This document shows positions 1 through 5,648 of a stretch of 6,443 nucleotides of DNA, in pieces. The notes under the pieces were generated by a model. That model saw only the letters and a program-made list of their open reading frames with translations. It was not told where the DNA came from and did not search any database. The position numbers were made by a program, and so were the translations under genes. The first letter of the stretch is position 1. Every line of letters begins with the position of its first letter. This stretch comes from a virus (lineage: Duplodnaviria; Heunggongvirae; Uroviricota; Caudoviricetes): the IMG/VR virus record IMGVR_UViG_2698536392_000020; one strand, given 5' to 3'.

Positions 1-73
1 CTCTCCAGGAAACCCGGGGCGGTTCAGCCTCATATTTATCAGAACTGGTGTACGTCCAATACAGGAGGTTGTC

Positions 74-163
74 GTGCTGGTTCTCAAATGTGCGCTAGCT
101 ATTGCGGCTGTAATGGCAATTTATTGTCTTGCTGTTGTTCTTACGGATCGCCTTTCTGATTGA
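74..163 (+). CDS. Possible small hydrophobic peptide (29 aa, MLVLKCALAIAAVMAIYCLAVVLTDRLSD), or the C-terminal end of a gene that begins left of the window
   Basis: Consensus Shine-Dalgarno AGGAGG at 63-68, 5 nt before a GTG at 74; the frame ends at TGA 161-163. The same frame is open back to position 2, so this may be the tail of a longer upstream protein. One predicted transmembrane stretch followed by a charged tail. Confidence 0.2.
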   Translation: MLVLKCALAIAAVMAIYCLAVVLTDRLSD

Positions 164-317
164 TTTTATATTGGCGAGGTGACGGGAGTTAAGTAGAATT
201 GCTGCGGGTGCTTGAGGCTATCTGCCTCAGGCATGAACACCAAAGGCAGATAGAGAAAAGCCCCAGTTAACATTACGCGTCCTGCAAGACGTTTAACATT
301 AATCTGAGGCTCAATCT

Positions 318-530
318 ATGAACGGCAAATCTAGGTTAGCCTCTTACGTGCCGAAAGGCAAGGAGAAGCAGGCTATGAAGCAGCAAAAGGCGATGTTAAT
401 CGCCCTGATCGTCATCTGTTTAACCGTCATAATGACGGCACTGGTAACGAGGAAAGACCTCTGCGAGGTACGAATCCGAACCGGCCAGACGGAGGTCGCT
501 GTCTTCACAGCTTACGAACCTGAGGAGTAA
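318..530 (+). CDS. mok-like in-frame N-terminal extension of hok (70 aa)
   Basis: ATG at 318 with a weak SD (TGAGG 305-309); the ORF shares frame and stop with hok. Chromosomal hok loci are annotated with such a Mok extension (as I recall, MokC is 69 aa against HokC 50 aa). Confidence 0.45.
   Translation: MNGKSRLASYVPKGKEKQAMKQQKAMLIALIVICLTVIMTALVTRKDLCEVRIRTGQTEVAVFTAYEPEE
375..530 (+). CDS. hokD: Hok/Gef-family type I toxin (51 aa), closest to HokD (RelF)
   Basis: Translation MKQQKAMLIALIVICLTVIMTALVTRKDLCEVRIRTGQTEVAVFTAYEPEE matches the Hok family (transmembrane helix followed by the conserved periplasmic Cys-containing tail). From memory it differs from K-12 HokD at about one residue. 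SD AGGAGA at 361-366, 8 nt before the ATG. Confidence 0.85.
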   Translation: MKQQKAMLIALIVICLTVIMTALVTRKDLCEVRIRTGQTEVAVFTAYEPEE

Positions 531-598
531 GAGACCTGGCGGGGGAGAAATCCCTCGCCACCTCTGATGAATCAGGCATCCTCAACGCACCCGCACTT

Positions 599-625
599 AA
601 CCCGCTTCGGCGGGTTTTGTTTTTT
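599..625 (+). terminator. Rho-independent terminator of the hok transcript
   Basis: Stem CCCGC (601-605), loop TTCG, stem GCGGG (610-614), extended by A-T pairs, followed by a T-tract 615-625. Confidence 0.7.
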
Positions 626-697
626 CCTGGCATTCTGGTTTACAATTCGCACGCCAGCCTGAACAACTGGCACCTGCTGCGCCAGCAGAGACAACCG

Positions 698-976
698 ATG
701 GCGCACGATACCAAATTATACAATTCTGATGATTCTGCCGTCTTTGCCAGCAGGCGCGGACGGTGTTTTTACGCATTCAAATCTGACTGGTACCAGCATC
801 CCCCATGCACTGAAGAACAGGCCGAATGGCTCATTCCGTGTTACCGCAGGCGCGGATGCGAGGTTAAAAAAGCCCTTAGCCTCGACTACCGTCACTGGAT
901 AATCTCCGTCAGGCTCCCTTACTCCGAACGGCCACCGCGTCCGTCCCGCACATTCCAGCAACGGATCTGGAGGTAA
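698..976 (+). CDS. rem: Small prophage protein, Rem-like by position (92 aa from the first ATG)
   Basis: ORF lies between hok and the DUF968 gene, as rem does in the Qin prophage (hokD-rem-ydfU). The first ATG in frame is at 698; the ORF-track start at 617 is a TTG inside the terminator T-tract and is unlikely. Sequence identity to Rem cannot be confirmed without a search. Confidence 0.5.
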   Translation: MAHDTKLYNSDDSAVFASRRGRCFYAFKSDWYQHPPCTEEQAEWLIPCYRRRGCEVKKALSLDYRHWIISVRLPYSERPPRPSRTFQQRIWR

Positions 977-977
977 T

Positions 978-2027
978 GTGCGGGTATTACTTCGACCTGT
1001 TCTGGTACCGGAACTCGGTCTGGTTATCGTTAAGCCAGGCCGTGAATCCATGCGGGTATTTCATGGCGGCAGGGTGCTGGTGGAGTCTGAACCGAAAAGC
1101 ATGCGTAATCTGCCGTCCGGGGTCGTTCCTGCCGTTCGCCAGCCGCTGGCGGAAGATAAATCATTACTGCCATTTTTCAGCAATGAGCGTGTGATTCGTG
1201 CTGCTGGTGGCGCTGGTGCACTGTCTGACTGGTTATTACGTCACGTTAAATCCTGCCAGTGGCCTCATGGTGATTACCACCACAGCGAAACCGTCATACA
1301 TCGTTACGGTACCGGCGCGATGGTGTTGTGCTGGCACTGCGACAACCAGCTGCGCGACCAGACATCCGAATCACTTGAGCAACTTGCTCAACAAAACCTG
1401 TCAGCATGGATGATTGACGTCATCCGCCACGCAATGAATGGCACACAGGAACGGGAATTATCGCTGGCTGAATTATCCTGGTGGGCAGTCTGCAATCAGG
1501 TGGTGGACGCATTACCTGAGGCAGTATCGCGTCGTTCTCTGGGATTACCGGCGGAAAAAATCCGCTCCGTATACCGTGAAAGCGACATCATACCGGGAGA
1601 ACAGACCGCCACCAGCATACTGAAGCAGCGCACAAAAAATATTGCGCTACCGCCTCACACCCACCAGCAACAGAACCCACCACAGGAAAAGACGGTGGTC
1701 AGCATTGCCGTTGATCCGGAGTCTCCGGAATCCTTCATGAAACGACCTAAACGTCGCCGCTGGGTAAATGAGAAATACACACGCTGGGTAAAGACACAGC
1801 CGTGTGCGTGTTGTGGTAAGCCAGCGGACGATCCTCATCATCTGATTGGTCATGGTCAGGGTGGAATGGGAACAAAATCCCACGATATTTTCACGCTACC
1901 GCTGTGTCGGGAGCATCACAACGAGCTTCATGTGGATCCGCTGGCGTTCGAAGAAAAGCATGGTTCCCAGGTTGATTTAATTTTTCGTTTTCTTGATCAC
2001 GCTTTTGCAACCGGCGTGCTCGGGTAA
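978..2027 (+). CDS. DUF968-family prophage protein (YdfU-like), with a C-terminal Cys/His cluster
   Basis: 349-aa ORF starting at GTG 978 with SD GGAGG at 969-973; an alternative ATG start at 1050 (MRVFHGG...). C-terminus contains CACCGKPADDPHHLIGHG...LCREHHNELH, an HNH/zinc-binding-like pattern. Gene order matches ydfU in Qin-like prophages. Confidence 0.75.
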   Translation: MRVLLRPVLVPELGLVIVKPGRESMRVFHGGRVLVESEPKSMRNLPSGVVPAVRQPLAEDKSLLPFFSNERVIRAAGGAGALSDWLLRHVKSCQWPHGDYHHSETVIHRYGTGAMVLCWHCDNQLRDQTSESLEQLAQQNLSAWMIDVIRHAMNGTQERELSLAELSWWAVCNQVVDALPEAVSRRSLGLPAEKIRSVYRESDIIPGEQTATSILKQRTKNIALPPHTHQQQNPPQEKTVVSIAVDPESPESFMKRPKRRRWVNEKYTRWVKTQPCACCGKPADDPHHLIGHGQGGMGTKSHDIFTLPLCREHHNELHVDPLAFEEKHGSQVDLIFRFLDHAFATGVLG

Positions 2028-2039
2028 AAGAGGTTACTG

Positions 2040-2411
2040 ATGCGTATAGAGTTTGTTTTGCCTTACCCGCCGACGGTGAACACCTACTGGCGACGTCGTG
2101 GCAGCACATATTTTGTATCAAAAGCCGGTGAGCGTTATCGCCGGGCTGTGGCGCTTATTGTTCGCCAGCAGCGGCTGAAATTAAGCCTGTCCGGACGGCT
2201 GGCAATAAAAATTATTGCAGAACCACCGGATAAGCGCCGCCGTGACCTGGACAACATTCTGAAAGCACCGCTGGATGCGCTGACGCATGCGGAAGTGCTC
2301 ATTGATGACGAGCAGTTTGATGAAATCAATATTGTGCGCGGTCAGCCTGTGCCAGGTGGACGGCTGGGCGTGAAGATTTACGAAATCAGAGGTGGTAACG
2401 ATGGCGCGTGA
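2040..2411 (+). CDS. rusA: RusA-family Holliday junction resolvase (crossover junction endodeoxyribonuclease)
   Basis: 123 aa; SD AAAGAGG at 2027-2033. Conserved RusA acidic motifs ([13 protein letters not shown] and IDDEQ) and overall similarity to K-12 RusA as remembered. Typical nin-region position immediately upstream of Q. Confidence 0.85.
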   Translation: MRIEFVLPYPPTVNTYWRRRGSTYFVSKAGERYRRAVALIVRQQRLKLSLSGRLAIKIIAEPPDKRRRDLDNILKAPLDALTHAEVLIDDEQFDEINIVRGQPVPGGRLGVKIYEIRGGNDGA

Positions 2412-2772
2412 TATCCAGATGGTTCTTGAGCGATGGGGGGCATGGGCAGCAAATAATCATGAAGATGTAACATGGCCCTCGATAGCTGCTGGTTTTAAAG
2501 GATTAATCCCGACTAAAGTGAAATCACGTCCTCAGTGTTCTTATGATGACGCCATGATAATTTGTGGTTGTATGGCACGATTAAACAAGAATAATCAGTA
2601 TTTGCACGATTTGTTGGTGGATTATTACGTAGGTGGAATGACATTTATGGCTCTTGCACGTAAGCATAGATGTTCTGATGGGCTTATTGGTAAAAGGCTT
2701 TATAAAGCGGAAGGTATTATTGAAGGAATGCTTATGGCTCTGAATGTCCGGTTAGATATGGATATGCGGTAG
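2401..2772 (+). CDS. Q: Late-gene antiterminator Q, small Phage_antitermQ type (QuuD-like)
   Basis: About 123 aa from ATG 2401 ([25 protein letters not shown]...), resembling DLP12 QuuD as remembered. The ATG overlaps the rusA stop by 11 nt, which suggests translational coupling. The ORF-track start at GTG 2392 is a less likely alternative. Confidence 0.8.
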   Translation: MARDIQMVLERWGAWAANNHEDVTWPSIAAGFKGLIPTKVKSRPQCSYDDAMIICGCMARLNKNNQYLHDLLVDYYVGGMTFMALARKHRCSDGLIGKRLYKAEGIIEGMLMALNVRLDMDMR

Positions 2773-2865
2773 GGATATATAGTGATGAGGGTTATGTTTT
2801 CTGTGTTTATAATTAACATGTTTATTTTTTTTGATGGTCATGTATTGTGGAAGGTAGATAAAATG

Positions 2866-2894
2866 TTGCCTGGTGAATTGAAAGTATTGATAAT
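2866..2894 (+). promoter_or_regulatory. Candidate sigma70 promoter upstream of the CPBP gene
   Basis: -35 TTGCCT (2866-2871), 17-nt spacer, -10 GATAAT (2889-2894); followed by SD AAAAGGAG (2914-2921) and ATG 2926. A second possible -10, TATAAT at 2808-2813, lies 36 nt after the Q stop. Identified by eye only. Confidence 0.25.
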
Positions 2895-2925
2895 CAATCT
2901 TCATCATTAAATAAAAGGAGTGCTT

Positions 2926-3744
2926 ATGTGGATTGTGTTAGTACTGTCACTGTCAACTCTCAGTTGGCATAAGGTAGTGGCTTTTTCATTGTTGACGGTG
3001 TCTGTTGTCCTGGCTGTGCTTAATGATATTATTGATTGGTCGGTGTTGTTTTTTGTTGCTACAATCGTTTTTTTTATTATTTTGAAGTTCAACTGGAAAT
3101 ATAACGCCTGGGCTAAATCTATATATGAAGTTGGCATAGTTTTATCAGCCATAGCATTATCTTTCCATCTATGGCCAGGGTTTCACAATCCTGTAGTGCT
3201 AAATTCTGTTACTGTTGGCCCTCAAAGCACTCCCTATACAATGTATTTTAATTTTGATAAAGCGCTGGTGCCATTTTTGTTAGTCCTGTGTACATCTTCT
3301 TTGTTTAAAAAAGAAGTAAAATCAGAAGTGTCTTTGTGGAAGTGGGGGGCTCTGTCGCTCTCTGTTCCTCTTATCCTGTTTTTGGCTGTTTTTTTTGGTG
3401 GATTAAAGCCAGAGATTCATTTCCCTGAGTGGTTGCCAGAGTTTATATTGGCTAATTTGTTTTTTGTGTCTCTGGCAGAGGAATCATTATTTAGAGGGTA
3501 TATTCAATCACGGCTATCAGAAGTAACGTCTCCATTGGTTGCATTAATTGTGGCGGCTTTGTTGTTTGGTTTTTTTCACTATTCAGGTGGTGCTTTACTT
3601 GTATTATTTGCCACGTTATCTGGTGTTGTGTATGGATTGTCATGGATGTGGAGTAGGCGTTTGTGGGTTGCCACCCTTTTCCATTTTGGTTTGAATCTGT
3701 GTCACTTGTTATTCTTTACCTATCCATTTTTAAAACATAATTGA
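2926..3744 (+). CDS. CPBP-family (CAAX protease / Abi, PF02517-like) intramembrane metalloprotease
   Basis: Polytopic hydrophobic protein with the three CPBP signature motifs in order: EExxxR (AEESLFRGY), FxxxH (FGFFHYSGG) and HxxxN (FHFGLNL). Strong SD; ATG 2926 preferred over GTG 2920. AT-rich, unlike the flanking phage core. Confidence 0.8.
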   Translation: MWIVLVLSLSTLSWHKVVAFSLLTVSVVLAVLNDIIDWSVLFFVATIVFFIILKFNWKYNAWAKSIYEVGIVLSAIALSFHLWPGFHNPVVLNSVTVGPQSTPYTMYFNFDKALVPFLLVLCTSSLFKKEVKSEVSLWKWGALSLSVPLILFLAVFFGGLKPEIHFPEWLPEFILANLFFVSLAEESLFRGYIQSRLSEVTSPLVALIVAALLFGFFHYSGGALLVLFATLSGVVYGLSWMWSRRLWVATLFHFGLNLCHLLFFTYPFLKHN

Positions 3745-3884
3745 TTTTTTCTATGGTTTTAAATTTATAAGACTGAAAAATAGCAGGACGTGACATTTGC
3801 ATGAAAAATATGCACGGCAAAGCATTTACGTACGTAAAAAATCAGGTATGCTGTTAAGAGTGGTTATTTCGCCGCATAGCTTGA

Positions 3885-3907
3885 CCCCGCCTCTGAGCGG
3901 GTTTTTT
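3885..3907 (+). terminator. Rho-independent terminator
   Basis: Stem CCCGC (3886-3890), loop CTCTGA, stem GCGGG (3897-3901), followed by TTTTTT (3902-3907). Lies about 140 nt downstream of the CPBP stop. Confidence 0.65.
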
Positions 3908-4030
3908 GTGCCCGCAAAGTAGCGCAGTGCGTTAAATGTGCTGGTAGTTATTAATACAGGTCTTTCAGCTTGCTGGCTTTTTCGACAAGAGTTATTGGTG
4001 TGTCACGTTAACCGGAAAGGGTAAAAAGAC

Positions 4031-4270
4031 ATGCTGAAACAGCAGGATATGACAGAAACCGCCAGAGTTGTGTTTGATGAATTAAGCGTCACCGAACCGG
4101 CGACGGTCGGGGAGATTGCGCAGAATACGTACCTTTCACGCGAGCGCTGCCAGTTAATACTGACCCAGCTGGTTATGCGGGTCTGGCAGACTATCAGTTC
4201 GGTTGTTACAGACGCCTTCAGTCCTGAAGGCTTTTTTATTTGTGGTAAATGGGCGGCTGGTGGGTGTTAG
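4031..4270 (+). CDS. Small hypothetical protein (79 aa) with a helix-turn-helix-like segment
   Basis: ORF with a weak SD; the segment TVGEIAQNTYLSRERCQLILTQLV looks HTH-like. Codon composition looks coding. However, a terminator-like hairpin with T-tract (4214-4241) sits inside the last 20 codons, so the true 3' end, or the coding status, is uncertain. Confidence 0.4.
   Translation: MLKQQDMTETARVVFDELSVTEPATVGEIAQNTYLSRERCQLILTQLVMRVWQTISSVVTDAFSPEGFFICGKWAAGGC
4214..4241 (+). terminator. Terminator-like hairpin with T-tract
   Basis: GCCTTCA (4214-4220), loop GTCC, TGAAGGC (4225-4231), followed by TTTTTTATTT (4232-4241). Confidence 0.45.
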
Positions 4271-4298
4271 CGGCACCTGTCAGTCCTTTGCTTATGTG

Positions 4299-4329
4299 TT
4301 GATGATAATTTACCTTTTGGGGCTATAAT
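4299..4329 (+). promoter_or_regulatory. Candidate sigma70 promoter for the AraC-family gene
   Basis: -35 TTGATG (4299-4304), 19-nt spacer (longer than optimal), consensus -10 TATAAT (4324-4329). By eye only. Confidence 0.25.
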
Positions 4330-4364
4330 TGAACTAACCAATTGCTAATGAAAGTAAAATTATA

Positions 4365-5078
4365 ATGGTTGTTGTCTGTTCAGTTATCATGGTTTGCTCC
4401 CCAATTAATATTTTTCTTGAAAAGGATACGTTGTCACTTAAGCCCGGCTCAGTCGTTCTGGCCACCAAATGCATCAGGGCGCTTTTCCTTATGCATTATG
4501 GCAAAGTTAAAATTTTCGATATAAACCATTCCATAGTAAGTCAATATCTGGAAATTCAGCATAAGCTGACAAGAACTCATCTGACTGACGTTCCGCTTTA
4601 TCTGTCACTGGAACCCAACAACCCTGCGTTGGCTGAGGCTTTAATTACCAGCCAGAGATTTTCCGGAGATACCACGGATATGTTTCTTATGATGGCATGC
4701 CTGTCGCTGTTTGAATCAGATGAACGGATATTATTATTTTTAAGTGGATGTTTATCCAGTATAAGTGCCAAAGTCAGGGCGATAATTCAGACAGATATAT
4801 CAGCAAGCTGGACGCTTGGTGCGATTGCGTTACGCCTGCATATGAGTGAGAGTTTGTTAAAGATAAAACTGAAAAATGAAGGGCGCATGTTCAGTCGCTT
4901 GTTGCTGGAAGAGCGGATGCGTGTTGCTGTCAATATGTTATGTTCCCGGCATGGATATGGACAGGCTGTAGCAGAAAAATGCGGTTATTCAAGCTGGTCC
5001 TACTTTATTTCTGTATTTCACCGCTATTATGGCTTCCCGCCAGACAGATATGTATCCAGGCAAGGGCTTGATTATTGA
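4365..5078 (+). CDS. AraC/XylS-family transcriptional regulator of the YdeO/AppY/GadX type
   Basis: 237 aa. The N-terminus MVVVCSVIMVCS resembles the MSLVCSVIFI of YdeO and MDYVCSVVFI of AppY as remembered. The C-terminus has the AraC double-HTH (..MSESLLKIKLKNEGRMFSRLLLEERMRVAVNML...AEKCGYSSWSYFISVFHRYYGFPP). AT-rich. No recognisable SD. Confidence 0.85.
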   Translation: MVVVCSVIMVCSPINIFLEKDTLSLKPGSVVLATKCIRALFLMHYGKVKIFDINHSIVSQYLEIQHKLTRTHLTDVPLYLSLEPNNPALAEALITSQRFSGDTTDMFLMMACLSLFESDERILLFLSGCLSSISAKVRAIIQTDISASWTLGAIALRLHMSESLLKIKLKNEGRMFSRLLLEERMRVAVNMLCSRHGYGQAVAEKCGYSSWSYFISVFHRYYGFPPDRYVSRQGLDY

Positions 5079-5106
5079 TTTTCATCTGATTATTATTTTT
5101 TGACCC

Positions 5107-5178
5107 GGCCCTTTAGCTCAGTGGTGAGAGCGACTCATAATCGCCAGGTCGCTGGTTCAAATCCAGCAAGGGCCACCA
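5107..5178 (+). tRNA. ileZ: tRNA with CAU anticodon (Ile2/ileX-like by sequence), possibly structurally defective
   Basis: Acceptor stem GGCCCTT/AAGGGCC, D-arm GCTC-AGTGGTGA-GAGC, anticodon loop CTCATAA, T-arm GCTGG-TTCAAAT-CCAGC, discriminator A and encoded CCA. Only 14 nt lie between the D-arm and the variable loop instead of the usual 18, so the anticodon stem is shortened to 3-4 bp. Confidence 0.6.
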
Positions 5179-5185
5179 TCACATA

Positions 5186-5262
5186 CCGCCATTAGCTCAT
5201 CAGGAAAGAGCGCCAGCTTTCGAAGCTGGTTGCGCGGAGTTCGGGTCCCCGAAGGCGGTCCA
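5186..5262 (+). tRNA. argN: tRNA-Arg (anticodon UCG)
   Basis: Cloverleaf by eye: acceptor CCGCCAT/AAGGCGG (one A-A mismatch), D-arm GCTC-ATCAGGAAA-GAGC, anticodon arm CCAGC-TTTCGAA-GCTGG, T-arm with TTCGGGT loop and one mismatch, CCA encoded. The deviations make it less certain than the next tRNA. Confidence 0.6.
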
Positions 5263-5275
5263 TTATCTGTATCCT

Positions 5276-5352
5276 GCGTTGTTAGCTCAGCCGGACAGAG
5301 CAATTGCCTTCTAAGCAATCGGTCACTGGTTCGAATCCAGTACAACGCGCCA
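5276..5352 (+). tRNA. argO: tRNA-Arg (anticodon UCU)
   Basis: Clean cloverleaf: acceptor GCGTTGT/ACAACGC, D-arm TAGCTCAGCCGGACAGAGC, anticodon arm ATTGC-CTTCTAA-GCAAT, T-arm ACTGG-TTCGAAT-CCAGT, discriminator G, CCA encoded. Confidence 0.85.
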
Positions 5353-5366
5353 CACTTATTTTCCCT

Positions 5367-5392
5367 GGCTCGCTTTTGCGGGCCTTTTTTTT
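5367..5392 (+). terminator. Rho-independent terminator after the tRNA cluster
   Basis: Stem GGCTCGC (5367-5373), loop TTTT, stem GCGGGCC (5378-5384), followed by eight T (5385-5392). Confidence 0.75.
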
Positions 5393-5619
5393 AAATGTCT
5401 CACAATTCAGGCGGTTGACTGTTGTCTGGTTTGCGGGGAGTTTGTTAAAAGAAACTGGCATGGTGAATCCCCCTGTGCGGAGGGGCAATCAGCGAGTAGG
5501 TATATGGGATAATCGCGGATTCAGGTGCTGGTACTGAATTCACCGGGAGGCACCCAGCACCATGCAATGGCACATAGCGCCACTCTCCAGCCCCTCTCCG
5601 GAGGGGCTTTCTTATGGAC

Positions 5620-5648
5620 AAAAAAAGCCCGCGCAGGGAGACGCGGGC
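5620..5648 (-). terminator. Minus-strand intrinsic terminator-like element
   Basis: On the + strand, seven A (5620-5626) precede an inverted repeat GCCCGCG (5627-5633), 8-nt loop, CGCGGGC (5642-5648). Read on the minus strand this is a GC-rich hairpin followed by U7. Confidence 0.45.

Noticed and set aside
170-380. Sok antisense RNA gene for the hok locus
   Set aside because: No minus-strand promoter followed by an intrinsic terminator was found overlapping the mok start; the 221-253 inverted repeat lacks a U-tract on either strand.
617-697. TTG start at 617 for the rem-like ORF (119 aa version)
   Set aside because: The TTG lies inside the T-tract of the hok terminator and has no ribosome-binding site; the first in-frame ATG at 698 is more plausible.
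716-1051. 111-aa minus-strand ORF
   Set aside because: Lies entirely antisense to the rem-like and DUF968 genes, has no ribosome-binding site that I can see and no recognisable domain; most likely a chance open frame.
976-1623. Alternative + strand ORFs inside the DUF968 gene (976-1194, 1198-1413, 1438-1623)
   Set aside because: They are out-of-frame overlaps of the 349-aa DUF968 ORF. The ATG at 976 overlaps the rem stop (TAATG) but leads into a 72-aa Cys/Trp-rich frame rather than the conserved protein.
1647-2329. Minus-strand ORFs 1647-1883, 1891-2121 and 2135-2329
   Set aside because: Antisense to the DUF968 and rusA coding sequences, with no start-site signals or protein-like features.
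2907-3152. 81-aa minus-strand ORF inside the CPBP gene
   Set aside because: Antisense to a well-supported membrane protein gene; its low-complexity composition reflects the AT-rich sequence.
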